Shown here in pieces: positions 20,701 to 29,851 of a stretch of 60,176 nucleotides of DNA. This DNA comes from Spirochaetia bacterium (lineage in GTDB: Bacteria > Spirochaetota > Spirochaetia > DSM-27196 > Salinispiraceae), in NCBI GenBank assembly GCA_038204425.1, contig JBBRCZ010000015.1, forward strand, positions 1 to 60,176, in the 5' to 3' direction. Under the pieces are notes generated by a model that was not told the origin of the DNA, searched no databases, and worked only from the letters and a program-made list of their open reading frames with translations. Position numbers and translations under genes: made by a program. Each line of letters opens with the position of its first letter. Positions within the stretch are counted from its first letter, which is position 1.

Positions 20701-20883
20701 GGAGTTTTTCTTTTCTATTATTTGAGCCAAAACCAACATGGCTTTTTGATAGTTCTTCTCTATGACCAGTTGCCGGACCTGGCTCATCAAATCATCCTCG
20801 TTTAAACCCCCGGCCTCAAGCAATCCTAAGCTTAAATTGAAGAGAATGATTATGCAGAATAGTGTACGCAAAACCAGTTTCAA
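17740..20883 (-). CDS. Large exported alpha-helical/TPR-like protein
   Basis: 1047-aa ORF, signal peptide, GAAGGAG RBS, TPR-like segments (AQRALQIDPENRQA); ATGA overlap with the phosphatase gene. Confidence 0.75.
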   Translation of the reverse strand: MKLVLRTLFCIIILFNLSLGLLEAGGLNEDDLMSQVRQLVIEKNYQKAMLVLAQIIEKKNSSMDEAEFLMAQVKRLRSRQLMDSNQNNDALRFIAESYRNDSKNLDEVEDMAGEIRRKKDLYNQLSQALIKNLTENPGGYKESLELIDAMLALEENPGEAIKAQLENARITAKLQVDRKTKNDLMAAALVDIQAAQLMEALKKYESGFKLLRTDFENGTQSLEFRTRALAYIDQLRTSVVTYQAAGIQMLTVLGDFNVAISGASDTAEPISDFNRFASQFLLAVRFPITFENSVDAVRLIAAEAEKDFPRNIYNEYLKFIQEFMSGPPADLANKQGIVFVAREYLEREYQSTLLALSQRYQSSKEQFAAFLAQDDLVGARNGFARLRARGLLYQRALSLQSGLDLGVNPSFEQIAANLAPRFQAQPNELLSELLAYDQVNAQVTFGLELRTLLADTGANAVERSLSSYDAILLSYSQYLASQNEQSGLPGLTTQVRNRHRLIAESLYQKNAASALAFGRQRYVARTNTGLTAIVSPITANPEDLNQARLYLNGLTTAVGSDTAILKFPDRALAQLNELENKTKLWQASLRALTDSIRAQRIELSGFAAVQSIVSQIDSTQTRLGQELAAVLSLKNQAQQNITRASALKTQAEQGIVRGRGFLEDARLDLDAAETAWEQSGDLFNSSFDLAFNNQERSQADQRLQDLRLEIDRVREVYLAKQIQSFVARARNEFDNEQFGLALDYINDADRYFKQTRPYKQNPKAEDEDIKYWRGRITAAGTLSQEKTIAESDPAYVTLANYLNLAQVDYLSAVELKKTGDEQRSKTLIARARSNILAVFQLKRNNSAAKLLQLKLDFLDDTTSFDDKFRRAAAEAMNTARLAIGSGILDDQINALTNIEALREINRGYYGFAAIISQIRIAIGLDPNPVDVRRKNESQALAQQAARIFALRNSARYNEALQLAQRALQIDPENRQASALSGDIRAAVGGIAVIMTTADERIFRQAQALYIQRRFSDSKILVDQLWNNTRNRLYVPLEQLKGRIEREL

Positions 20884-21047
20884 ACGGTCAAAACTCCTTC
20901 TAGTGCTTTAACTTGAACACCTATTAGGCAACTTTCAATACTGTCTTGTCTAAAAAGTAGACCGTATCCCTTACAAAACAAGTAAGTGAGCCTAAATTAC
21001 CGCCAAGATAATAGAATAATCGGCGCTTTTGTTATATATTGTGAAGG

Positions 21048-22325
21048 ATGAGGAACAAAAACAAAGATATAAAATACTTTTTAATTGTTTCTCTGTTTTT
21101 GCTCATCAGCACTCAGGCTGTTTTTGCGCAGAACGAATACCAAGATTTTGCTCTCAGTCTTGTGCCAATAGAACAGCTTGGCTACACTGGACTAACTGCC
21201 TTAAATATACTTAATCTACCGCTTGGCGGCGAGCAACAAGGCTTCGCCGGCGCCTATACTGCCTTAGCTCGAGATATTAGCTATCTGGAAGCAAACCCAG
21301 CTGGGGCGTCCCTGCAACGAAGCACAGAAATTTCTCTCTTTAGTTCCAACATAATTAGTGATGTTAACTTGGCCGCTGCGGCCTACACACAACGCTTTGA
21401 CGATCTAGGCATTGGCGCATTCTTTAAGTTGTTACATACGCCTTTTGAGGCAATAGGAATACGAGGCGAGCAGCTTGCCTCAAGCAATTACACCGAGTCA
21501 GTACTTGGTCTAAACGTTTCCTACACTTTGTTGCGTTCCTACTACTTTGACGGTCTATCACTTGGTGCCAATATTAAGTTTGGCTTTAGAGACATCCCTA
21601 AAGAAATCTACGAACGCATCAATGGCCTCAACGGCCAAGATCAAAGTAGTGCGGCCTTTATGGTGGACTTTGGAATCTTGACGCGCTTTAATCTACTGAA
21701 GCCTTACACTTCCCGAGAAAAAAACTTTTCGGTAGGCCTGGTGCTTCAGAACTTTGGCCCCCCCGTAATAGACGACCCTCTTCCTAGCGCGTTTAGAGTA
21801 GGACTTTCTTATCAGCCACTGCGCTTTTGGGTCGTCACCGCCGACTTGAGGGTACCAATCAACCTAGTTGCACCTGGTTTGTCCGAAAATCCTGGTTTTG
21901 GATTTGGCACTAGTCTGCAGTTTACCGATTTTTTGGCCGTCAATGCTGGCTTCTATGCCAAGGCTGGTGGTCCTCAGATTGCATTTGGAACTGATGTTGA
22001 TATAGCTGGTTTTAACTTGATATTGAACTATATGCTCGATTTGTCAACCAACTTTACTATTCCTGACCACCTTAGTGTGCAAATTAAGTTCAATTTTGGA
22101 GACTCTGGCCGGGCAGAACTCAGCAAAAAGGTAGATAATCTTTATATCGGTGCCCTAACCTTGTTGGCAGATGCTAGGTATGAAGATGTAATAGCTGTTT
22201 GTAAACAAATTTTGGACTTAGATAGATATTTTAGTCCTGCACAAGAAACTCTAGAACTCGCTCAGCGTAGTGTTAAGTTACGAGACCAACTCGAAAATAT
22301 TCAGTTTGGAAACTTTGACCAATAG
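21048..22325 (+). CDS. UPF0164 family (FadL/PorV-like) outer-membrane protein with C-terminal TPR
   Basis: LNLPLGGEQQGFAGAYTALARDISYLEANPAGAS N-terminal signature, amphipathic beta-strands, C-terminal KQILDLDRYFSPAQE. Confidence 0.8.
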   Translation: MRNKNKDIKYFLIVSLFLLISTQAVFAQNEYQDFALSLVPIEQLGYTGLTALNILNLPLGGEQQGFAGAYTALARDISYLEANPAGASLQRSTEISLFSSNIISDVNLAAAAYTQRFDDLGIGAFFKLLHTPFEAIGIRGEQLASSNYTESVLGLNVSYTLLRSYYFDGLSLGANIKFGFRDIPKEIYERINGLNGQDQSSAAFMVDFGILTRFNLLKPYTSREKNFSVGLVLQNFGPPVIDDPLPSAFRVGLSYQPLRFWVVTADLRVPINLVAPGLSENPGFGFGTSLQFTDFLAVNAGFYAKAGGPQIAFGTDVDIAGFNLILNYMLDLSTNFTIPDHLSVQIKFNFGDSGRAELSKKVDNLYIGALTLLADARYEDVIAVCKQILDLDRYFSPAQETLELAQRSVKLRDQLENIQFGNFDQ

Positions 22326-23050
22326 GGTTCTTGAAGAGCAAGAAGGTTGCTAAGCGCATCGGCCTTAAAGTAATAAGCCCAACCAAGTAAGGTTTTGAAG
22401 CGATGCTTGCCTGCATCGGCGCGTCGTAGATTTTTTTGCATAGAAGGGTTTTGCAAAAGTGCTGCATAGTGGCATATCTTGGCCATTATAGCTACTTGGT
22501 CGTGGGGTACACTGGCATTGATAGCGACCGAGACTTCTTCAATACTGGTTTCGTCTCGTCCCAAAAAGGACTCAAAGCACGACTCTAAGTGTTCCATCAA
22601 GTCAAGGTGGCTAAAATTAATTAAGTCCAAGTTTCTAATAAGAGCCGACTTTTCTTCTTTGTATACCAAGGAGGAAGCATCACGACGTGACAGAAAACCA
22701 AAAACCGCAACTGAGGCAATAATGCCACCAATAAGTTCGTCGACTATCGGCAACGGATCTCTAATTACAAATGACAGAAAAAAATAGACCACTATAAAGA
22801 CTATAGCTGCAATCAAAAACTTTGGTATAAACCGCCGTTCGGCCCAGGACTTTCCTAACTGTCTATCAAGACGGTCAGACAAAAAAGTTCTGACGGTCTT
22901 TATTTGGTCGGGGCTAAGGTCGCCCGAAAAATAGCCTCTTTGCGGCAGACCATTATTTGCAGGGTCAAAGAGCAGCGTCAAGGTACCATCTATGCGCCTA
23001 AAGACAAACATTTCTTCCAATGTATCTGTTTGTTGAGGACTACTAATCAT
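22301..23050 (-). CDS. Hypothetical membrane protein
   Basis: 249 aa; two TM helices around IRDPLPIVDEL; ATGA overlap with the ankyrin gene. Confidence 0.65.
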   Translation of the reverse strand: MISSPQQTDTLEEMFVFRRIDGTLTLLFDPANNGLPQRGYFSGDLSPDQIKTVRTFLSDRLDRQLGKSWAERRFIPKFLIAAIVFIVVYFFLSFVIRDPLPIVDELIGGIIASVAVFGFLSRRDASSLVYKEEKSALIRNLDLINFSHLDLMEHLESCFESFLGRDETSIEEVSVAINASVPHDQVAIMAKICHYAALLQNPSMQKNLRRADAGKHRFKTLLGWAYYFKADALSNLLALQEPYWSKFPN

Positions 23051-23991
23051 GAGCTTGCCAAAGCTTGGGGTTCATAGACATTCATAACAGAAAGTATATC
23101 GTCGTTGCGAAAAATAGTCGCGTACTTTCGCGCCGTCATACCGAGACTGTCCTGGATGTCAGTTTTTGAGCCTTTTTCCATTAACATCTTTACAATGTCC
23201 TTATGACCCTCACCCACCGCCAACATTAAGGCCGTTTGTCCACTTTTTGATACCAGGTTTGGGTCGGCCCCGGCTTCCAAAAATCGTTTGCTGCAATAGT
23301 CATCACCTCTAACGGCTGACTCCATCAGCGGACTGTTGCCTCGGTCCAAGCTGAGCACGTTGACATCGACCTTGCGCTTCAGAAGCAAGTCTACGATTTT
23401 GCGATGACCATTTCTGGTTGCCAAACACACTAAGGGCACGCCATGTGGATCAAGCGTGTCAGGTGAATAGCCAATCTTAAGAAAATTCTCACTGGCCTCT
23501 TCATCTCCAACTGCAATCCGTTGCGAAAAATTTTCTTCGTTGATGCCCAGCCCAAGCGAAATAAGTGAGTCTCTAGCTGTCTCAATTTGATGGGTGCATT
23601 CCCAAATTTCTTGTTCTTCGGCCAAATATTTGAGCAGCGCCTTGGGTGAATCAAAATTATCAAAGATGCTAAGGTAAGGCGCTAGGTCCATGCTATCGCT
23701 ACCATATATTAAGCCGGTTTTACTTGAACCCAGACAGAATCCACTAATAAACGGTATCCAGCGAGATTTGTTGTTGAATCTACTGGGTTTGATCACAAAG
23801 TGAGAAATGCTAGAAAAGTTAAAAATTATCTCTTCGCCATCGAGTTTCTCCCAACTTGGCCCCATTCGATAAGCACTGGCAGAGACAGAGATTTCCTTAA
23901 GTTTTGCTAGCAAATCATTTATTTCATTCTCGTTTGAATCTGCCTCGCCAGCTTGAAAAAAAATACCTACCCGCATACGTTCACCTGCCAT
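23047..23991 (-). CDS. Ankyrin repeat protein with N-terminal TIR-like domain
   Basis: Ankyrin repeats: GVPLVCLATRNGH, GNSPLMESAVRGD, GQTALMLAVGEGH, GMTARKYA. The TIR-like call for the N-terminus is tentative. Confidence 0.85.
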   Translation of the reverse strand: MAGERMRVGIFFQAGEADSNENEINDLLAKLKEISVSASAYRMGPSWEKLDGEEIIFNFSSISHFVIKPSRFNNKSRWIPFISGFCLGSSKTGLIYGSDSMDLAPYLSIFDNFDSPKALLKYLAEEQEIWECTHQIETARDSLISLGLGINEENFSQRIAVGDEEASENFLKIGYSPDTLDPHGVPLVCLATRNGHRKIVDLLLKRKVDVNVLSLDRGNSPLMESAVRGDDYCSKRFLEAGADPNLVSKSGQTALMLAVGEGHKDIVKMLMEKGSKTDIQDSLGMTARKYATIFRNDDILSVMNVYEPQALASS

Positions 23992-23997
23992 AGGCTA

Positions 23998-24078
23998 ACT
24001 ATAGCGCCCATCAGCCTTGCGGTGCAACAGAAATTTGCAGCTGCTCACATTGCGACAAAAACGACGAACGTATATTAT
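23998..24078. promoter_or_regulatory. Divergent sigma70-type promoter pair
   Basis: Minus strand: TTGCAC (24027-24022), 18 nt, TATAGT (24003-23998), 6 nt before ATG 23991. Plus strand: TTGCGA (24050-24055), 17 nt, TATTAT (24073-24078), 6 nt before ATG 24085. Confidence 0.6.
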
Positions 24079-24084
24079 GCGCCT

Positions 24085-24861
24085 ATGTACGCACTTACAC
24101 TGAGAAAATGGTTTTACGACCTTTGGGACAATCTATTTTTTGCCTTTTTGATCAACGGTGCTTTTGCGCTCTTGTGCGCGATTCCCTTGGTTTTACCATC
24201 GTTTTTGTTTACCACTAGCCCGGTCTTGGCCTATTTGTTGGCGATTTTGGGGTTTTTGCTACTCTTTATTTACCTTGCTGTAATCGCCAACTTTGCTTTT
24301 GCAAGTGCCTGCGGCGAGACTTTTAACTTTTCTAATTTTATTCCCTATCTTAAAAAAAGCTGGAAAGTTGGGCTAACATTTGGCATCATTTTTCTTGCTC
24401 TACAGTTTTTGGTGTCGGTTTCTGTTCCTTACTACTATAATCTCGACTCTTTGCTTGGCATGTTCGTTTTGGCCTTAATTGCATGGTTTGTAATCTTTTG
24501 GGTGCTCAGCGCCCAGTACTACTTACCTTTGAATGCACAGATAGAAAAGAAGCTTTTTAAGGTTTTAAAAAAAAGTATAATTGTTGTGATCGACAATGCA
24601 CTCCTTAGCCTCTTTTTGTTGGCTCTGAGTCTTGGTATTGTCGCTGTTTCTACCTTAACCATTTCGCTCTTTCCTGGCGTTTTTGGCCTGCTATTATTGC
24701 AACAGGTTGGCTTTAAGCTAGTCATGAAAAAGTACGACTATCTAGAAGCCAATCCGCAAAACCTAAAAAAGAAGCTACCCTGGGACGAAATCCTGGCGGA
24801 CGAGAAGCAACGAACTGGGGTGAGAACACTGCGCAACCTAATTTTTCCTTGGAAGGATTGA
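24085..24861 (+). CDS. Polytopic membrane protein (DUF624/YesL-like)
   Basis: WFYDLWDNLF followed by about six TM helices; the ATG at 24085 is preferred. Confidence 0.7.
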   Translation: MYALTLRKWFYDLWDNLFFAFLINGAFALLCAIPLVLPSFLFTTSPVLAYLLAILGFLLLFIYLAVIANFAFASACGETFNFSNFIPYLKKSWKVGLTFGIIFLALQFLVSVSVPYYYNLDSLLGMFVLALIAWFVIFWVLSAQYYLPLNAQIEKKLFKVLKKSIIVVIDNALLSLFLLALSLGIVAVSTLTISLFPGVFGLLLLQQVGFKLVMKKYDYLEANPQNLKKKLPWDEILADEKQRTGVRTLRNLIFPWKD

Positions 24862-24889
24862 ATACAGGTTTAGCACGGTCGTTCCGCCA

Positions 24890-25681
24890 TCAATTGCTCG
24901 CCTCTGGGATAAGTTTTTGAGCTGCTTGTGGGCCTGCAAAGATTGGGCCTGTGCCGACGATAACTTGCTGCGAATACTCACGTCGAAGTGCATCAAACTG
25001 CGCTCGCGAGACAATTTGGCAGCCATAACGTTGTTTGTAATCTACCGGCATGCCTAGGTCCCAAAGTTTTACGCCTTGTGCAAAAAGCAACGATGCCATG
25101 GCGCTCATCTGCACGGTTCCGTCACCAGGCGTGATATAAAAGCCCGTCATCGAAGTGTAAATACTCCCCCACAAATAACCTATTTCTCCGGCGGTCAGTT
25201 TTGCGCCCCGCCAAATTTCAAAACTACAAAGCTTTACGCGTCGACTTGAAGCGCTCAGATTTAGGCGATGCAAAAGCTTGAGCAGCTCGCCACTTAGCCA
25301 GCCATCACCGTGACTTTCACGGCAGTTAAGCAAAACCTGATCAAATGATCGATTACAGTAAAGGCTTGCGTCCCGTGCCAAGCGATGAGCATTTTTGGGC
25401 AAGGTAAGCATGCTTGGCTTTACTATGCTTCGCCACTGATGGAGTTTGGGCAGCAACAGAGGCCTCGATTTGCTTAGGTCATATCCCATAGGCAAGAAGC
25501 CGAGCAAAATTAGAGACTCCACAAAATCCTGATCAAAAGAATCCGACCAAAAAAACTCATCGTGATAGTCACTGATTAGTCGCGGTAGAACATCCGCCAC
25601 TTGTAAAAGTGGCGACAGGTAGCCCTGTCGCGCAAAGATTTGCTCAAGTTGCTGTGAAATACTGTCTTGGTCCACGGTCAA
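24890..25681 (-). CDS. aat: Leucyl/phenylalanyl-tRNA--protein transferase
   Basis: FDQVLLNC, GWLS, SFEIWRGAKLTAGEIGYLWGSIYTSMTGF, GTVQM, LWDLGM..YK. Confidence 0.8.
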   Translation of the reverse strand: MTVDQDSISQQLEQIFARQGYLSPLLQVADVLPRLISDYHDEFFWSDSFDQDFVESLILLGFLPMGYDLSKSRPLLLPKLHQWRSIVKPSMLTLPKNAHRLARDASLYCNRSFDQVLLNCRESHGDGWLSGELLKLLHRLNLSASSRRVKLCSFEIWRGAKLTAGEIGYLWGSIYTSMTGFYITPGDGTVQMSAMASLLFAQGVKLWDLGMPVDYKQRYGCQIVSRAQFDALRREYSQQVIVGTGPIFAGPQAAQKLIPEASN

Positions 25682-25689
25682 TGGGGCGC

Positions 25690-28533
25690 TTATTTTTCTG
25701 GCTTGAGCATAATTCGGTTTCGTTGCGGCTTAGTAAACTTGTTTGCCATGGTAACCAGATCTTCAACTTTTGCGGCAGCCAAAATCGACTCGTAGGCTAC
25801 AAAACTTTCTGGATCGGCGCCTCGCACCAAGGGCAGCTGGGTTAGCAAACCTGTCCAAGTGAGATTGCGTCTAATGTCTGCCCGCCAGGTATGAAGAAGG
25901 ATTTCTTTTACTTTGGCAAAGTCAGAGGCCTCAATCTTGCCGGCTTGAATGGACTCAAGTTCCTTCCAGATTGCAGCCGAAATTTCTTCAATCCGTTGCG
26001 GATCGCACCCATAGCTTATGCCCAAAAGCAAATCACTGGCGCCAAGAGTCTGGTAGCCAAGTGCAGCGCCAATAGAATAGACGCCTGACATATTTTCTCT
26101 AATACTCGAGTTTAGGCGGATGTCTAAGAGTTCTCTCAACATTCGTCCAAATACAAATTTTTGGTAACTGTAACTATCATTTATATTCCACGTTTCGTAG
26201 ACTAAGCTCCTAGCTTCGCTGCCTTTGCTCACTAAAGTGTCGCCACCTTTGGGGCCCTTAATTTGCAAGTTGTGCAGCGCAGGTACTTTTCCGGCCGGAA
26301 TAGAAGCAAGGTAACGTTCGATAAGGTCTTTGGTAACTGATAAATCCAAGTTTCCTGCCAAGGCAAAGGTAAAGCCATCGGGCTTAAAAATGCTTTGTAA
26401 AAATTTGAGTGCTTTTTTAGGGTCTACTTGGTCAAGATCACTTAGCGAACGCCTTAAGACACGCGGATGCCGTGATCCCATGACTTCATTGAGAACCAAG
26501 GAAAACAAGCTATCAGGGTTGTTTTCCTGATTGGCTAGTGCTGACGCAATCGGTGCCAGATAGACTTGCATGGCTTCATCTTCAATTTTTGTTGCCGTAA
26601 AGTAGAGATAAATCAGCTCAAAGAGCGTCTTTAGGTCGGCTGGTGTAGCCGAAGCATTGATGCCGTGAGTATAGATGCCCACATTGCGGGCAATCGAAAG
26701 CGTCTTTCCTTTTAAGTAACGATTGAGAGCTGCAGCGTCAAAGCTGGCAAGACCAGAGTACTGAGCCAAGCCAGAGGCGTAATCGGCTGACAAAAAATCT
26801 TGGTCGCTTGAGGTTGATGTTCCACCTTGAGCAAGACCAGATAAGGATATTTCGTCATTTTTAAAGTCTGTCTGTTTGAGATAGACTACCATACCGTTGG
26901 AAAGATTAAGGCGCAGCGTCTTGCTGGCTGGTAAGAGTTCTTCTTTGACTATCTGCCCGCGTTGCGGTTGGTGGCTAAGGAGTGACTCAACCGTGATCTG
27001 CTCAACTGGTGCTTGTAATTGGACCTTGGCAACGTCAATAAAGATTTCTTTGACTTGCTGCTCGCTTGGCAAGTCTTTAGCTTGGCTTTCTGGCAATGCA
27101 GCCAAAAAAGTGATGTCAGCAATTGATAAGGTCTTTTGTAGTTGGTCTAGGATCTGCTGCTTAGAAATACTTGGCAAGATTTTTTGCAGTAATTCATATT
27201 CAGCTGCGATACCGGGGACTGATTCACCTTCTAGCGAGTGGCGCAGCAGTTCGTCAGCAAGTTGACTCGATTCGTTTTTGTCGGCTTCGTTTAGCAGATT
27301 TTTGATAGTGGCCAAGAGTTCAGCTTTTTGAGCTTCCAGCTCAGAGTCGGTAAATCCAAAACGCAGCAACTGCTCTTTAAACTCCACCATCGAACGAATA
27401 GCCTCTACGCTCTGACCGTCTTTTGGAACCACAACAAAACCCAAAAAAGGGTGTTTGCGCGAAAAAGCTTGGATAGAAAGGCCGGCCTGAACAAAGGGTG
27501 CCTGGGCCTGCAAGAGTTTTTCGTCCAGACGGGCATTGGCTGCACCAATCATCAAATTAAGTAAGGTACTGCGGCGATAGTCCTCAAGGTCGCCACGCGC
27601 CCCGACAGCTGGCATTTTGTAGAGAAACTGCATATAACCGGAGCTCAACTCAGGGTCAGTTGCAGCAGAAAATGCAAAGCGACCGGCCTGCGGGAGCGGT
27701 AGAGAAGCATTACTATCGTTACGTTTTGGATTGTTAACAAAATCTCCGCCAAAAGTAGTTTGGATTAGCTTTTCGGTGGACTTAAGGTCGAGATCGCCAA
27801 CCACGATTACAGTCATGTTCTCTGGTCGATACCAGTCTTGGTAAAACCGCAGCAGCTTTGCCTGATTAGCTTGTCTAAAAATTTCGGGCTTGCCGATAGG
27901 CATTCGTAACGAAAACAGGCTTCCTTGCATCAAAACAGGCAAGTGTTTTTGCATAAGGCGATCTTTTACGCCGCGACTGAGGCGATACTCCTCGTAGACG
28001 ACATCAATCTCTTTGGCAATTTCTAACGGGTCAAAGCTGATTCTACGAGCCCAGTCGTCTAGTACTTTTAGTGCAAGAGCAAGATTATCAGCTTTATCTA
28101 ATGGCACTTCAAGCGTATATACGGTGCGATCAAATGAGGTATAAGCGTTTATCTCGGGGCCAAAGCGGATACCAATACTTTGCAAAAACGAAACCAAGCT
28201 TTCTTCAGGAAAGTTCTCGGTACCGTTAAAGGCCATATGTTCCAAAAGATGCGCTAAACCTTGTTGATCGTCATCTTCGTTTAGAGAACCGGCCTTGACC
28301 GCCAAATAAAGAATAGCTCGATCTGCCGGGTAGGCGTTGGGCCTAATTAAGTAGTTTAAGCCATTATCCAAGCGCCCTTTGACGATGTCGGCTGCCAACG
28401 GAAGCTGGTGAGTGCTTTCTATTGTTGGCGAGCTGGCGCACGAAAAAACCAAAAGTGCGATCGTTATCAATATAAACAGTGGCCTAAGGCCACTCAATCT
28501 TTGCAAAATATTTTTTGAAGAACCCGTTACCAT
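25690..28533 (-). CDS. M16 family zinc metallopeptidase (PqqL-like lipoprotein)
   Basis: GRLDNGLNY, GLAHLLEHMAFNGT (HxxEH), INAYTSFDRTVY; lipobox LVFSC. Confidence 0.92.
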   Translation of the reverse strand: MVTGSSKNILQRLSGLRPLFILITIALLVFSCASSPTIESTHQLPLAADIVKGRLDNGLNYLIRPNAYPADRAILYLAVKAGSLNEDDDQQGLAHLLEHMAFNGTENFPEESLVSFLQSIGIRFGPEINAYTSFDRTVYTLEVPLDKADNLALALKVLDDWARRISFDPLEIAKEIDVVYEEYRLSRGVKDRLMQKHLPVLMQGSLFSLRMPIGKPEIFRQANQAKLLRFYQDWYRPENMTVIVVGDLDLKSTEKLIQTTFGGDFVNNPKRNDSNASLPLPQAGRFAFSAATDPELSSGYMQFLYKMPAVGARGDLEDYRRSTLLNLMIGAANARLDEKLLQAQAPFVQAGLSIQAFSRKHPFLGFVVVPKDGQSVEAIRSMVEFKEQLLRFGFTDSELEAQKAELLATIKNLLNEADKNESSQLADELLRHSLEGESVPGIAAEYELLQKILPSISKQQILDQLQKTLSIADITFLAALPESQAKDLPSEQQVKEIFIDVAKVQLQAPVEQITVESLLSHQPQRGQIVKEELLPASKTLRLNLSNGMVVYLKQTDFKNDEISLSGLAQGGTSTSSDQDFLSADYASGLAQYSGLASFDAAALNRYLKGKTLSIARNVGIYTHGINASATPADLKTLFELIYLYFTATKIEDEAMQVYLAPIASALANQENNPDSLFSLVLNEVMGSRHPRVLRRSLSDLDQVDPKKALKFLQSIFKPDGFTFALAGNLDLSVTKDLIERYLASIPAGKVPALHNLQIKGPKGGDTLVSKGSEARSLVYETWNINDSYSYQKFVFGRMLRELLDIRLNSSIRENMSGVYSIGAALGYQTLGASDLLLGISYGCDPQRIEEISAAIWKELESIQAGKIEASDFAKVKEILLHTWRADIRRNLTWTGLLTQLPLVRGADPESFVAYESILAAAKVEDLVTMANKFTKPQRNRIMLKPEK

Positions 28534-28600
28534 AATTGCTCCCTAACAAGGCACGATATACAAGCCAGAACTTTCAGGCCAGACCTAAACCGTCATCATA

Positions 28601-29851
28601 CTATTGTTTATACTTGCTAAAAAACTCGTGCATGCGAAACGTTACATCTTTAATGGTTTCCCGATCGGGCAAAAAAACAAAACGAAAGTGGTCTGGCTTG
28701 TGCCAGTTAAAGCCGCTTCCCTGTACTAGGAGCAGTTTTTTTTCCATCAAAAGATCGTAAACCATACGTTGGTCGTCCTGTATGTTAAAGCGCTCGAGGT
28801 CTAGCTTAGGAAAAAGGTACAAGGCACCCTTGGGTTTAACACAGCTGATACCGGGGATGGCAGTTAAGCCCTCCCAAGCGGCATCGCGCTGTTCCTTGAG
28901 TCTGCCTCCGGGCAAAAGCAAATCATTTATTGACTGATAACCACCCAAGGCAGCTTGAACCGCCAGTTGCCCGATGGCGTTGGCACACATTCGCATGTTT
29001 GAAAGCATATCGAGTCCTTGGCGGTAAGCCTGGGCCAGACTCTTGCGGCCCGTTAGCGTCATCCAACCTACTCTAAAGCCAGCAGCTCGGTACGCTTTGG
29101 ACAGTCCACTAAAGCTAACACACAAAACATCTTCACAGAGCAGGCTCAAGGGAATGTGTACCGCATCATCGTAGAGAATCTTCTCATAAATTTCGTCAGC
29201 AAAAACTACCAAATTGTGTTGGTTGGCAATAGCAACCAATGACTTGAGTAAGTCCAGCGGATAGACAGCTCCGGTTGGATTGTTTGGATTGATAACAACT
29301 ATTGCCTTGGTTCTGGAACTGATTTTTTTGGCAATATCGGCCAAGTCGGGCGCCCAGTCGGATTCTTCGTCACAGAGGTAGTGCACAGCTTTAGCACCAG
29401 CCAAAGTTACCGAGGCTGTCCAAAGCGGATAGTCTGGGCTGGGAACCAAAACTTCGTCCCCCTCGTTGAGCAGACCTTGTACTGCAATTGAAATTAGCTC
29501 ACTCACGCCGTTGCCAATCCAAATGTCATCAATCTCGAGATCGCGGACGCCGCGCGTTTGGTAGTACTGCATTACGGCCTTGCGGCAAGGGAACATACCT
29601 TTTGAATCGACATAGCCTTGAGCAGCTCTAATGTTTTTGATGATGTCGTGAACCAGCTCATCGGGAGTATCAAAACCAAAGGCCGCTGGATTGCCACTAT
29701 TGAGTTTGATTACCTTAAAGCCTTCTTCTTCCAAGCGTGTGGCTTGTTCTAAAACTGGTCCACGGATGTCATAGCAGACGTTGTCCAACTTGGAAGATTT
29801 TTGAATTAAACCGCGACTCGTCTCGTACTTTTTTTTGGCTGCTTCACTCAT
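28601..29851 (-). CDS. alaA: Alanine (glutamate-pyruvate) aminotransferase, class I/II PLP enzyme
   Basis: KSSKLDNVCYDIRGPV, GNGVSELI, PDYPLWTA, INPNNPTGAVY, DEIY, GLSKAYRAAGFRVGW. Confidence 0.88.
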   Translation of the reverse strand: MSEAAKKKYETSRGLIQKSSKLDNVCYDIRGPVLEQATRLEEEGFKVIKLNSGNPAAFGFDTPDELVHDIIKNIRAAQGYVDSKGMFPCRKAVMQYYQTRGVRDLEIDDIWIGNGVSELISIAVQGLLNEGDEVLVPSPDYPLWTASVTLAGAKAVHYLCDEESDWAPDLADIAKKISSRTKAIVVINPNNPTGAVYPLDLLKSLVAIANQHNLVVFADEIYEKILYDDAVHIPLSLLCEDVLCVSFSGLSKAYRAAGFRVGWMTLTGRKSLAQAYRQGLDMLSNMRMCANAIGQLAVQAALGGYQSINDLLLPGGRLKEQRDAAWEGLTAIPGISCVKPKGALYLFPKLDLERFNIQDDQRMVYDLLMEKKLLLVQGSGFNWHKPDHFRFVFLPDRETIKDVTFRMHEFFSKYKQ

